From the NCBI GenBank assembly GCA_943704425.1, contig CALSCP010002121.1:44624-108623 (forward strand): 64,000 bases of DNA, in the 5' to 3' direction. The notes below the pieces were generated by a model. The model saw only the letters and a program-made list of their open reading frames with translations. It had not been told where the DNA came from and searched no databases. Position numbers and translations under genes: made by a program. Positions 50,234 to 63,185 of the stretch are shown here, piece after piece. This stretch comes from Ministeria vibrans ATCC 50519 (Eukaryota; Protista; Filasterea). How positions within the stretch are numbered: the first letter of the stretch is position 1; the number at the start of each line of letters is the position of its first letter.

Positions 50234-53200
50234 ATGTCGGACCTTGTTGACAAAGTCGCGACCCTGGCGTCGCAAGCGTTGAAGAAGACGGTGTCGGCGG
50301 AGAAGGCGAGCGAGATGGTGGATGCTGCGCGCTCGGCGGCTCACATGCCTGCGTTCTTTGAGGCGTGCGCGGTGCACAAGGTGCCCGATCGGTCGTTGCG
50401 CGAAATCTACGGAATGGTGTTGAGTGCGGATCGACTCGCTCGCGCTGGGGGTGGCGCTGCGACTCGGGCAAGCGCTACGAACCAGTTGGCAGGCGACAGT
50501 GGCGACCAGGTCGGAGGATTGATGGTTCGTCGAGCGGACGTTGATGAGAGTGGAGTCGACGCCAACGGCCGTCTCGTCTTCCGCAAGCCTCAAGCACCGC
50601 GCCAGAGTGTCCTTGGACTCGACCGCCTTGCGGCTGCCAAGCGTGCCCAACTTGCCGCTGCCGGCGACGGCGAGACTCGAGTGGCGAAGCCTCAGATGGG
50701 CAGTCACTGGAACGAAGACGACGACAACGACAATGCGGGCCAAGGCAGCAGAGACGGCGACGACAACGACGACGACAGTGCAAAGGCGTCGGCGAGATTG
50801 AAGACGGCGCGTGGCCACGAGCGACAGTACCGTGCGGCGCGTATGGACACGCCGAGTCAGGGGAGTGGTGTGAGTCGCGATGCGCTTGATCGCATTCACG
50901 AGCGTGAGCGACGCGATCGTGAGCGTGGCGGTGTTAGCTACGGCCGTGACCGTGACCGTGACCGCTATAACGACCGCAGTCGCCACGATCGAGACAGCGG
51001 AGGTCGCTACGACGATCGAAACCGAGACCGTGACAGAAATTCTGAGCGACGCACTTCCTCCGTCCACGACCGTGACTATGACCACCGACGAAGACGTGAC
51101 GCATACCATCGCGAACGAGACTCTCGAGACACACCTTCAGCGTCGCGTGATGATGGTGTACGTGTGAGCCGTGGGCGTACGGGCACCGGGGCAACAGGCG
51201 GTGCGTCGTCGTCAAAGTCGTCGTGGCGCACGGGCACTGGCCTGACACATTCGAGTCGTGGGGACATGACGCCGACACCGTCGGCGTCTGCATCCTCCTC
51301 CTCCTCGTCGGCTGTTGTTGCTGCTGCTGCTGGCTTTGGGACGAGTCGCTATGCGGTGACGGATGCGACGCCATCGTCGAGCATGCGCGCGTCGCCCGAG
51401 GACGGAGCGCGCGTGTTTGACAATGAGAACGATGAGCTCGAGTGGGAGCTGGAGCAGCGGCGCCTCGACCGTGCATGGTACGACACGGAGGCGGGCACAC
51501 AGGACGAGACAGTGGACCCCTTTGCCGAGGTGGCCAACTACTATGCGCGCAAGGAGGAGGAGCTGCAGAAGAAGGCGAGCACGAAACAGTCGCAGCGCGA
51601 GAAGCAGTACACACGTGACAACGACCGCTGGGAGACGAACCGGATGCTTACGTCGGGAGTGGTGATGCGCATTGATCACGACGACGAGGTTGACGACGAC
51701 CACGAGGCGCGCGTGCATCTGCTCGTGTCCAACATCACACCGCCCTTCCTTGATGGTCGTCAAGTGTACACGACGCAGCCCGAGCTTATCATGCCCGTCA
51801 AGGATGTCACCAGTGACATGGCAACGCTCTCGCGTGAAGGCTCGCAGTTGCTGCGTGACCGTCGCGAGCAACGAGAGCGCCTCAACGCACAGGTGAAGCA
51901 CTGGGAGCTGGGCGGTACACGGCTCGGTGAGATCATGGGAGTGAAAGAGAAGGTAAAGGACGAGGAAGACCCGGCGGCGAAACCCAATGCGGATGGCGAG
52001 GTAGACTACAAGGCCGAGGCGCAGTTTGCGTCGCATATGCAGGGCAAGTCGCATGCGGCGAGTGACTTTAGTCGATCCAAGTCGCTGAAGCAACAGCGAC
52101 AGTACTTGCCTGTGTTTGCGGTGCGACAGGAGCTGATGCAGGTGATTCGCGACAACCAGGTGGTGATTGTGGTGGGGGAGACGGGCAGTGGCAAGACGAC
52201 GCAGCTGACGCAGTATCTGCACGAGGACGGGTACACGCGCGCTGGGATGATTGGGTGCACGCAGCCACGGCGAGTGGCGGCCATGTCGGTGGCCAAGCGC
52301 GTCAGCGAAGAGTGCGAGTGTCGCCTAGGCGACGACGTTGGCTACAGCATTCGCTTTGAGGATGTCACGACCAAGCAGACCAAGATCAAGTACATGACAG
52401 ACGGCATTCTGCTGCGCGAGTCGCTCACCGACCCCGACATTGTGCAGTACTCGGCCATCATCATGGACGAGGCTCACGAGCGTTCCCTCAACACCGACGT
52501 GCTCTTTGGCACTCTCAGAAAGGTAAACGGAGGGAGAAAAAAAAAAAAAAAAAAAAAACAAGACAAAGACAGACATACAGACATACAGACATACAAATAA
52601 CGGTGTGGGATTGACAATGATATTTTTTCCTTAGATTGTGTCGCGACGACGAGATCTCAAACTGATTGTGACATCGGCAACAATGGACGCAAACAAGTTT
52701 AGTGACTTCTTTGGGGGCGTGCCCATCTTTAAGATCCCCGGAAGAACTTTTCCCGTCGACATTATGTACAGCAAGACACCCGTACAGGACTACGTGGATG
52801 CCGCATGCAAGCAGGTACAGTGTGCCCGTCTCTCTATCACTTTGTTTTTGTTTTATTTTTTTTTCTACCTCTTTTGTTTTTTATATGACTTTGTTTCTCT
52901 CTGTGTCTCTGTCTCTTTAACTTTTTTCTTTTCTTTCTCTCTTCTCTCTCTCTCTCTCTGTTTGTTAACTTTTTGTTGTTTAGGCACTGACCATTCACCT
53001 GCAACACCCACCGGGGGACATCCTGATCTTTATGACGGGCCAGGAGGACATTGAGATCACCTGCGAAGTGATCAAGGAGCGTCTCGCGTCGCTTGGCGAT
53101 GACGTTCCACCCCTCGAAGTCCTCGCCATGTACTCGCAGCTGCCCAGCGACGTGCAGGCCAAGATCTTCCAGGCGGCGCCCGAGAACCGTCGCAAGGTGG

Positions 53201-54837
53201 TGGTATCAACCAACATTGCTGAAACGAGTCTGACTGTCGATGGCATCATCTACGTCGTCGACTGTGGCTTTTGCAAGCTTAAAGTGTACAATCCAAAGAT
53301 TGGAATGGACTCTCTTCAGGTCAGTCAGAGAGTCAAATTCATTTTGAGAGCCACTCAAACGCACTTTTTCTAGATTTTTCCCATTTCCCAAGCAAATGCG
53401 AATCAGCGCAGCGGACGAGCGGGGCGCACGGGCGCCGGAACATGCTACCGTTTGTACACGGACCAGCAGTATCGGTCGGAGCTGTTGGCCAATACGGTCC
53501 CTGAGATCCAACGAACCAATCTGGCGACTGTAGTACTGCTGCTCAAGTCGCTGGGTATTGGCAATCTGCTTGACTTTGACTTTATGGATGCGCCTCCCCA
53601 GGACAACATTCTCAATTCCATGTAGGGGACCGTCATGCATCGAGCGTCTCTTATTCTCTATTTATTTTTATTTACAGGTACCAACTGTGGGTTCTGGGTG
53701 CACTGGACAACACGGGCGCACTGACGCCACTGGGCCGCAAGATGATTGAGTACCCGTTGGACCCTGCACTGTCGAAGATGATGGTTGTGGCGGACCAGCT
53801 AGGATGTTCGGCTGAAGTGGTCACCATAGTCAGCATGCTCAGTGTCCCCAACATATATTACCGTCCCAAGGTACAGTCAGTTGGATATTGACTGTGGTTG
53901 TGTCTTGTGCGTGTCTGTGGTTGTGTTTTAGGCGTTTTTTTTTGACTGACTTGGTGCATGTAGGGACGAGAGGAAGAGGCAGAGCAAGCGCGCGAGAAGT
54001 TTAGTGTGGCCGAGTCGGACCATTTGACACTTCTCAATCTGTACAATCAGTGGAAGGCTCATCAGTACGGGGCAAAGTGGGCCAGTGACCATTTTGTGCA
54101 TGTCAAAACACTCCGAAAGGTACACCCAAGAACACCAAAATAAATGCAATACATGTCCAATTCGCATTTCGAACTTTTGTTTTTTTTTTTGTAGGTGCGT
54201 GAGATCCGGACGCAGCTGGTGGACATTGCACAGTCGCACGGAGTGCAGGTGAGGAGCTGCGGAACGCACTGGGATGTGGTGCGCAAGTGCATCTGTGCGT
54301 CGTACTTCCACCAGGCGGGGCGGGTGTTGTCGCTGGGCGAGTACGTCAACATGCGAACGGGGATGCGGTGCCACCTGCACCCGACGTCGGCACTGTATGG
54401 GATGGGATTCAGCCCCGACTACATTGTGTACCACGAGCTTATCATGACGACGAAGGAGTACATGCAGTGCGTGACGAGCGTCGACCCGCTCTGGCTCGCT
54501 GAGCTTGGTCCTATGTTCTACTCGGTCAAGGAGAGTGTTCGCACCCGTCTTGAGCGCAAGAAGCACGAGAAGGTTGAGCTTAATACGATGGAGGAGGAGA
54601 TGAAGCTTGCGCAAACTGAAATGAAACGCAAAGAGGTAAGCCGAAAGAAACGACAATGATGTGATCGCACATACGAGAACGAAAATATGCGCACTCATAC
54701 ATTTGCATGTGCGTGTCCACTAGGCGGAGGCCGAGCGTCTGCGGCAGGAGGCCAACCGCAGCCGGCATCGCATTGTGACGCCGGGCTACCGCGACCCAAC
54801 GATGACGCCTCGTCACAATCCACGGTTTGGCCTTTGA
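50234..54837 (+). CDS. DHX38: DEAH-box splicing helicase Prp16
   Basis: [45 protein letters not shown]; C-terminus [10 protein letters not shown]. Confidence 0.96.
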
Positions 54838-54904
54838 AATAGTACACTTCTTTACTTTCTTTTACTCTCTTAATGCGTGGGTGCTCCAATGTGTCTTAAG
54901 AGCT

Positions 54905-55786
54905 CTAGATGGTCGCAGAATTGAAGGACCTTTCGGGTTGGATCGTGCTTTCGAGGAAGGGGCGCGAGAGAGGCATGGCTGTGGATGAGGTGGCGCCGTA
55001 CGCGCGCGACGATGCTACGCTACCCGGATAGAAGTTGGCTTTGTTTTGTTGGAGAGAGTGAGCCTGTTTGGCAAACTGCTGGCGTGCTTGAGTAGTCCAA
55101 ATGGGAGTGACGGAACGGAATTCGGGCAGTCGGTAGAGGTAGGGCATGAGGCCAAGGGTGCGAGAGCGTCGAATCGCCTTGGCCAGGCGCTTTTGCCACC
55201 AATGACACGTGCCCGTCTGTGAACGAGGCAGAATCATGCCAGAGGTGGGTGCTACAAAATGGGACAAAAGCTCGACATTCTGGAGAAGGCGGAAACGGAG
55301 TGAGTGGAAGTGAGTGAGAGAGAGAGAGACTCATTAAAGGTCGTACTCTGTGATGCGGTCTTAATCCATACGCGCAAAAGGCGCAGGTCTTTTCGGTCTG
55401 ACGGACCAACGTAAGCGGTTCGTTTGGCTGGCAAAGGAAAGAGCGAGAGAGAGGAAGAGTCAAAAAAAAGAACACTCGCCAGCGCACACACTCGTTAAAG
55501 TCACCTGCAGCGGTTTCCTGGCGAATTTCTTCGCGTATCTAGGAACAGCAGCTCGTCGAAATGCTGCAGAGACAAAAGAGAGGGCACAAAGAAGGCGCGG
55601 TGAGCGACAGGACAAACCGAACATCTTTTTTTTTTTTTTTTTTCTTTCTCCGTCGCTTAGCAGACGGCAGAGGGACTCTTCGAGCGTACCCTGGGGCGTA
55701 GTGTGCAGTGATCGAGGGGTGTGGCGCAGGAGCACGCTCGACGACGTTGCAAGCCGCAGAATGGAAAGGTTGCGAAGGGCGAACAT
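54905..55786 (-). CDS. Mitochondrial ribosomal protein bS18m with transit peptide
   Basis: Arg/Ser/Leu-rich presequence; CAFC; LLSHFVAPTSGMILPRSQTGTC..QKRLAKAIRRSRTLGLMPY. Confidence 0.85.
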
Positions 55787-56136
55787 GGAAAAGTTGTGAG
55801 TTGTGACTGATTGAGATTTTAGTTTTGTGCTGTGAGTGATCATTGATGCTTGATGGGGTGGTTGGGGGACACAGATGACAGATCACTGATGACTGTCGAG
55901 TGTCGACTGATCTGGCTCATCATTGACACACCAGTCATCACTGTACCATCACTGTTTATCCACTGACTTTTGATGTGTGATAACTCATACTTCGACTTGA
56001 TCGAGGATGTGAGTGCGATCGTTAGCTCATGGTAATCACGTTGGTAGACACACGTAGGTTCAGCCACTACCGCTCTCGATGTTACAATGATTTTTTTGTA
56101 CTGCTCAGTTTGAGAAAATTGAAATATGACACAACT

Positions 56137-58245
56137 TTATTGACAGACTGAAAAGAATAGGCCGACGGTGAGACGCTCGGCGAGTTGGAATACAAAGAGA
56201 GCAAGCTTGGCGGCAAACAAGTGATGGGACAAAGAGCAAGGAGCGTGAGTCACGATGGTCTGCGTAAGCGATGCAAGACGGGACGCAAAGTGGTCGGGCG
56301 ACAGCGAAGACGATGAGAGGAGGTGCGTCGCAGAGAGGGCGTCCACAAGCAACACATGCTCTCCTTCGCGCTGCTGCTGGAATGGGCCAATAGAGACGCC
56401 GTTGAGAACACGACAGAGCTGTGAGGTGTCAAGGGTGCGTGGAATGTGCGTGAGGTTGAAGAACGGACAGAGTGACTCGATGTACTGGGCGTGCGTGATT
56501 TTGACCACATCGACACTGCTCAAGGGCCCACGTACCACGGCAGCGAGTCCATCGATGTCGCCAGGACCCTCGTGTGCAGCCGACGCAAAGTCAAAGACAA
56601 ACACCAAATGAGCAGACACTGCGAGTTGGAGAAGTGCCAGGCGCGACTGGTCATGCGTTAGCCACCAGTGGACTCCGAGTCTACGTGCGCCCGTAAGCTC
56701 ACCAAGGGAATTGTCTGGTGACACACAGTCGCGGGCTCTGCGCAACACCACCACACGCACTTCACCGTCGACAATCTCCGTCGTGTCCTCCTCCTCCTCC
56801 TCCTCCTCCTCCTCCTCCTCCTCCTCCTCTCCAGTGCCGTGCTGCATATCCCATACAAACTGTGTGAACAAATCATCGTCAACCGCATCGCCCTCGCCGG
56901 CCCCATACTCCCCCATCGCGTGAGACCCATTGCCACCACCTCCACCACCATATGGGTCCTCGGGTGCAAAATCAGCAGGACTGCCGTCCCATACATCTCG
57001 CACAAGCCGCCGTGCCACCGTCCCCACCAAACCTACAGCATCCTGGCACAGAAGAAGAGCTCCTTCGACACGCTGCAACACTTGTAGAACCTGACCCCGG
57101 TGAACCGCCAGCGACGCCCCATCGCCACCAGATGCGTCCTCAACCGCACGCACAAATGGAGGCAGCGCGCCACCATCATCCTCTTCTACTTCGCTGCTGT
57201 CGTCCCCCCACTCGTCCGCGGTCGCCTCGGTCACCGCCGAGCCTTTTCGTTTGTTGCCGCCGGGTCGTGCCTGCAAGTACTCGTTGCTGTTGTTGTTGTT
57301 GTTGTTGAATGTCTTGAACATGAGTCCCGGTGGCAAATTACTAATGGCACAAGGTGTACATTCAGGGCGCGAGTGAACCACGAGTCAATCCTCTTACCCT
57401 CGACGAACATACTCCGCGGCGATTCTGTCGAATCGTGCAATCACATTGATGACCACTTGACCCTTCTGGAGACCGCGTCCCTCTTCTCGATGGGCATTCT
57501 GACGTTGCATAGTACGCAAAAAACCCGCCAGTGCCACCGGTGGTTGATAGTCTTGCGGAAATTCTATCGCACAGTCCAAGATGAGAAACACAGTGATGAA
57601 AAAGAACAGCACATTTGCAAAATGAAACGTGTACGTCCTCACCGACGTGTTGGAGTTTGCCGCTGCGCGGTCCTTTGTAGACGAGGAAATAGTTTTCGTT
57701 GCGGCCGGATGAGCGCTTCTCCCAGAGCACGCCGGGAGGCATGACGCTGGGGTCGGAGAGGAATCGTTTGCCTTCCGGGCCAAACATCTGTAGGACCATC
57801 GCCACGACACTGCCCTTTTGCGTGCCGCCGGGCCGTTCCTTGACCATGCGCAACAGCAACGCCTTGACGTTGCCAACCGTCGCGCTGCTGGACGTCGCCG
57901 ACGGCACCTGTGCTTCAATGGTGCGCGTTGACGAGGCATGTCGCAGAATGCAGGCGCCGCCATGGTGTTCCCACCGCAGGTCCTCAGGCAGGTCCTGCGC
58001 CACGTCTGCGAATGCCGTCCATCCCTCGTCGCCAAATTCTGCCTTGATCTAGACCAACGATGCGAATGAGACGAGGGAGAGAGAGAGAGAGGGAGAGAGA
58101 GAGGGAGAAGGAGTATTGAGAGAAAGAGCGTCGAGACACTCGTTACCTTCTTCGCAAGAAATCCACGGTCAATTCCGCCGTGTTTCCCCTTTGCAAACTC
58201 AATCGCAACGCTTCGCGCAAAGTCAAACACTTCAGCTTTGTTCAT
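56137..58245 (-). CDS. Protein with three N-terminal repeats (winged-helix-like), an SH3-like domain and a degenerate DnaQ-like 3'-5' exonuclease domain
   Basis: 4 exons traced; SH3-like VRAVEDASGGDGASLAVHRGQVLQVL; exonuclease-like LGVHWW..LALLQLA..VFVFDF..VVKITH..LDTSQL. Confidence 0.55.
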
Positions 58246-58878
58246 AAGATGAAGGTACACAAACGAAATACTAAATCGTTTATTGAGAAATGAGAAATTC
58301 GGTGAGAACTCCACCCAGGGAAGTTCGTAAACGCCTCCGATCCGCCCATGGACTGTAATAAGACTCACTTACATACAGGCGGAGTGTATGGAGACACGCA
58401 CAGACTTCACACTGCAGTCTCGGGCGGTCCATTGCGCTGAACGAACGGAACATTACGCTGTGGGTTCACCGTCTTTCACTTTTTAGGCTGACACAGTCAC
58501 ACACACTGACACACACACACACACACACACACACATGCCAAGCCCAGCGGTGGAATCACCGGGCGAGCAGACACAGACCGCGCTGCGCCCAGCCGGAAGG
58601 ACGAAGCCATGTTCGGACACTTTTCAGACACACCTGTTCAGAGTGTGTTCAACTGGGAGTTAGGGCTTTGAGCTTTCTTTCCTGCTCTAGAGTCTAGACT
58701 GAGGACTCTGGCTCGCTTTGGCCTATCGTTGAATTCTGACATGCTGTCTAACAAGTAGACATGATCACTGTAGTGACGTAGTCTGCATTGCTGTGCAACT
58801 TGGCCAATTTTTCAAATTCCATAATTTTTCTTTAAAATACCTTATTGAAGGTTGCGGTTACCAACCGAGCGTCTTTCT

Positions 58879-60483
58879 ATGAATCCTCTTTTCGTGCTCT
58901 CTCTCTTTGCTTGCGTCAGCCTTGGAGTTGGTGCTCAAGTACAAGACACAAGCGACACAGAGTGCATGCTGCAGGAGCTGGAGGAGGATTTCGACGTGGC
59001 ACGCCAGCGATTTTCGGAGTGGTACTCCGGGACGAGTTGCGGTCGTCCCATCACGCGCCATCCCCGCGTTGAGCGAGAAATGCTGGAGAACTGCCGGGGT
59101 GGCGCATGTGTGTGCAACGAGCTGGACTTGTGCTCACACATGTCACTTGACCTCATTGACGAGCTGCGGAAGGTGGACGATGGCTCAGACGAGTCGACTA
59201 GCGACGATTTTACTGGGGTTCGCATTGCCCGCCGCTTTATCAACGTACGCCAACAAGCGTACGGTCGCCCTGGGGGCCGAGAAGCGTTTGGAAACGCACT
59301 GCTTGAAACCGCTTTGCCAGCCTACCACCTGGCTGTGCGCGACCGTCGTCGTCGCTCTGCAGGCGTCATTGTCGACAACCAGTATCCCCTCAATGCCACC
59401 GACTTGCGCGCCTTCCAATGTGTTTACGACGACATGGACGGCCCCAACTGGGCCGTATGCTCGCGAGCTCGAGACGATCCCTGTGGCTGTTCCAACGTCA
59501 TCTGTGAGACGCAGGGTGAGCACCGGCGCATCGTTGGACTGGTGCTGCGCCACGCGGGCTTGAAGAACGCCCTTTCTGACTGCGTGTCGGATCTGTCTGA
59601 ATTGCGTGTCCTTGACATTAGCTACAATCGCGAAGTGACCTCTGGGACTCCAGATGGCTTTGCGCGCCTATCCAAACTCGAGACCCTTGCCATGAAGCCC
59701 TCTCTCGGGCTCGCTGAAGCAATTTCCCAGTTGAGTCGGCTGCGACTACTGGAGCTGAGCTTCGCGAATGAAAGGCAGTCGTTTGAGACACTCACACCAC
59801 TCTGTCGCCTCACACACCTTCAGGCTCTGCTCCTCTTCAGCTCGTTTGTCGGACCACTTCCGAGCTGCTTTGGAGCCCTGTCGTCGCTGGTGCGCCTTGA
59901 GGTGGTGGGTAATTATATGATGAACACGGGCATTCCGCCGGAGTGGGGCAACCTCGTCAATTTGCGGGTATTCGTCGGCTTTCAATCAGGTGCTGTGTGG
60001 TGTCCTGCCGACCGCGCCTCCTTGCCTCCTCTTGAGTGTCGTCCTCTGTACCAGGCGGCTCTCGAGTACTCAACTGACTCTCCGCCTTGGCTCTGCCGAG
60101 AATTCTCTCTGTCTGGTCCCATTCCGGATGAGTTGCGACACTGGAGAAAGCTGGAGAAATTTTGGGTGGATGCCAACTACTTGTCGGGACCCATCCCCGA
60201 GTGGATCGGGATCGGCTGGCCCAACTTGCGCACTCTCGACCTCTTCAACAATGTACTGACGGGAGAAATTCCCGAGTCAATGGGCCAGCTTCTGCTGTTA
60301 GAGCAGGCTCAGCTGCAAGACAACCAGCTGAGTGGCAAGGTTCCACCGTCTCTTGCAAAGCTTCCACGATTGGACTTCCTGAATATCGCGCTGAATGCAA
60401 ACTTGACTGGCTGTGTGCGACCCAACGCGTATCCGTTGTATCGTACAATGTACAGCGGCACCAATGTAAGCGACTGTATGTAG
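58879..60483 (+). CDS. Intronless secreted leucine-rich-repeat protein (plant-type LxGxIP repeats)
   Basis: Signal MNPLFVLSLFACVSLGVGA; LRRNT-like DLRAFQCVYDDMDGPNW..DPC; LSGPIP, LTGEIP, LSGKVP repeats. Confidence 0.85.
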   Translation: MNPLFVLSLFACVSLGVGAQVQDTSDTECMLQELEEDFDVARQRFSEWYSGTSCGRPITRHPRVEREMLENCRGGACVCNELDLCSHMSLDLIDELRKVDDGSDESTSDDFTGVRIARRFINVRQQAYGRPGGREAFGNALLETALPAYHLAVRDRRRRSAGVIVDNQYPLNATDLRAFQCVYDDMDGPNWAVCSRARDDPCGCSNVICETQGEHRRIVGLVLRHAGLKNALSDCVSDLSELRVLDISYNREVTSGTPDGFARLSKLETLAMKPSLGLAEAISQLSRLRLLELSFANERQSFETLTPLCRLTHLQALLLFSSFVGPLPSCFGALSSLVRLEVVGNYMMNTGIPPEWGNLVNLRVFVGFQSGAVWCPADRASLPPLECRPLYQAALEYSTDSPPWLCREFSLSGPIPDELRHWRKLEKFWVDANYLSGPIPEWIGIGWPNLRTLDLFNNVLTGEIPESMGQLLLLEQAQLQDNQLSGKVPPSLAKLPRLDFLNIALNANLTGCVRPNAYPLYRTMYSGTNVSDCM

Positions 60484-60532
60484 TAATGAACAAATTGAAA
60501 AAAGAAAAATGTTAATAATAATTATTATTATA

Positions 60533-60568
<36 letters not shown>

Positions 60569-61032
60569 TATAATAATTATTATCGTTATGTTTGTGTTTG
60601 AATACATTTATGCGAATGTTTGATTCAGTCATTCAGGGGTAGCCCTTAAGCTTGTATTTGCGGAAGGACGCGCGGAAGTAGGCACTGGTACCGCCCGACA
60701 ACTACAGCAGCCGCAAGACGGGTCACTGGGGCTCTTTGGACACGGAGACATGTACAATATCTACCAGATGTAGATGGATGGGCACCGAATGCCATTGGGT
60801 ATGTGACACGGCCATATCCACGCCCGTCAGTGCGCCATCACTCACAAGTGAGTCACAACTGGCATGATTCATGAATATATGTCTATAATTTCTTATTTCA
60901 GGGTGTGCGTCATGATCGGAGGGTGCCGTCACTGCAACACACTGAACACAGCTATGCTTTGCGAATTACTTAACAATTTCAAATTTCAATTTTATTATTT
61001 TATTTCACTTTCATTGTCGGAGTACAGCAACA

Positions 61033-61348
61033 ATGGGCAAACGACTTGCAGCACTCTGTATTGGATGTACGGTTTTCTTGTGTGTGAGTGCTGAGCCGTC
61101 GGATTCAGTGGATGTGATTGCAAACGCAAATCCATCACACATTCTGCTTCCCAAAAACTGTACGTCGCTTGAGATGTGAGCCAAGACCCGCGACGTTCTC
61201 ACGCGGACTGTGTGTGTTTGCAGACGAGGCGGACTTTGACGAGCGACGCAGAGAACATTTTGATGCCGCGAAACGACTGCTGAAAATGGAAATCCAGCGG
61301 CGCACAGACACTCTTCCAGTACGAGACACGACCCATAGGGGTCTCGCT

Positions 61349-61442
<94 letters not shown>

Positions 61443-62033
61443 TGTGTGGTTTGAGGAAGAAGAGGATTCTGTGTGTGTGTGTGTCTCTCTCTGTGTGTGT
61501 GTGTGTGTGAAGAGCAGATGTGGCATCAGCGTCTAACGATTGTTGTGTAGTACGCACTAAAGCCACTGATGGGGGCCCTTCGCAAGTGCCGCACGCAGAT
61601 TACTCAATGGGAGGAGGAGAAGGAGGCGTCGGCTGGGAAGGAACCATTGCCAGTTGAAAAGTTTGATGTGTACTCGCGCTTGTGGGAGAGCACGGGTTTC
61701 CTAGCGGACCTGACACTGCGCCTGCCCGACTCACTGCACCGCCATTTCCGTATTCATCCAAACGACCTTGAGTTAGCTCGCTGGGCACATGCGCGTGCAC
61801 GTGCATCGCTTTTTGACCACGCACACACACTCCGTCTGCTCAATCTCATGGGCCAAGAACTCGAATTTGATGCGCACGATCCAACCTACGTCAATCCGTT
61901 CCTCGAACGTGTCTCGCCGGAGAGTCCCGCGTCGTCGCTGGATCCCGAGAAGCTTCAGCGCAACCGACGGGAGGAACTGCGCAAGAAGCGCAAAGAGCGT
62001 CTGCGCCAACCGCGACTGTCCACAGACCTCTAG
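61033..62033 (+). CDS. CCDC134: CCDC134-like ER protein; 5' exon boundaries uncertain
   Basis: ESTGFLADLTLRLP..RWA..LLNLMGQEL..YVNPF..KRKERLRQPRLS; ends STDL. Confidence 0.75.
61351..61509. repeat. (TG)n microsatellite in a CCDC134 intron
   Basis: Direct observation. Confidence 0.95.
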
Positions 62034-62042
62034 TGGAAAGAG

Positions 62043-62110
<68 letters not shown>

Positions 62111-62242
62111 AGACCGCTGTACCATTGAATGTTCGACTAGCAGAAGTAAATATTAAAGAGAATCAATCGCTTACAATAATCATGGTTAGTATGGAGTACA
62201 ATCATTGAATTGGTCGAATACAATAATTCACTTGTCTGTTCA

Positions 62243-63141
62243 ATGATCCGCACAAGTATCGTCGCCGGCAACATCCTGCGAATCGGACTCAACAACGGCC
62301 CCGTGAATGCCATGTCGCCGGGCCTGCTGCAGGGGATCGCCAAGGCGTGCCAGAGCGCCGAGTTGGATGAGACAGTGCGCGGAGTGCTCATTGCGTCGGA
62401 CTGTCGAGCCTTCAGCGCCGGCCTCGACCTCAAGGTTTGCTCCGTTGCAGAGAGTGCCGAGTCTTGTTTGCGTGCACCTAACACTCTGGGGTTCGCAGCA
62501 CGTCAGGGACTTGGTGACCGACTCAGACGCAACCAAGGTTGAAAAGTTCATCTTCGACGACTTGGAGAATGCGCTTCTGGCGCCCATCCGACTGTCAAAG
62601 CCCGTTGCTACAGCAGTGGACGGACACGCTATTGCCGGAGGGTTCATCCTGGCGCTCGCGGCAGACTTTGTGTCCCTTGGCGAGAACCCCAAGGCACTTG
62701 CAGGGCTCAGCGAGCTGCTTGTGGGCGTGCCCTTCCCGCCGCTCCCTCTCCTCGTCTGCGAGCGACAACTCCCTGCCTCGTCGTTGCGCCACTTTGTATA
62801 CTCGGGCGCCACCATGTCTCTTTCCAAATGCTACCAGACTGGTGGCTTTGGCGACGCTGTCTCAGGCGCTCCTGAAGCGCGTGCTACCGCCTGGCTGTCG
62901 CTCGTTGCATCGAGACCACCGCAAGCTTTTGCCCTTGCAAAGGTTCATTTCCGCTCCTGCGCACATGTACCACAATGATCCCATTCCCCTCCCTCCTTTT
63001 TCTCTGTAGGCGTCCTTTTGGGAACAGCTGCGCTCACACTCTCCCACCCAGTCCCAACGACAAAATTTTCTCACGGCGATTCGCTCACAGGAATGCATCG
63101 ACGCCATCTCAGGCGCACTTTCGAAGAAAAAGACCAAGTAA
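62243..63141 (+). CDS. Enoyl-CoA hydratase/isomerase (crotonase family), 3 exons
   Basis: PVNAMS, AFSAGLDL, KPVATAVDGHAIAGG, GLSELLVGVP. Confidence 0.88.
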
Positions 63142-63185
63142 ACTCCTCCACCAATACCGTTGCTCTCTGTACTTCCCAAACTCAC

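Noticed and set aside
55906-55935. Hammerhead ribozyme core CTGATGA (also at about 15588)
   Set aside because: There is no correctly placed GAAA or three-stem junction.
58300-58470. RNase P/MRP RNA assignment from GGGAAGTTCG
   Set aside because: There is no room for P2/P3 before the motif and no proper CR-V; kept only as an unassigned structured candidate.
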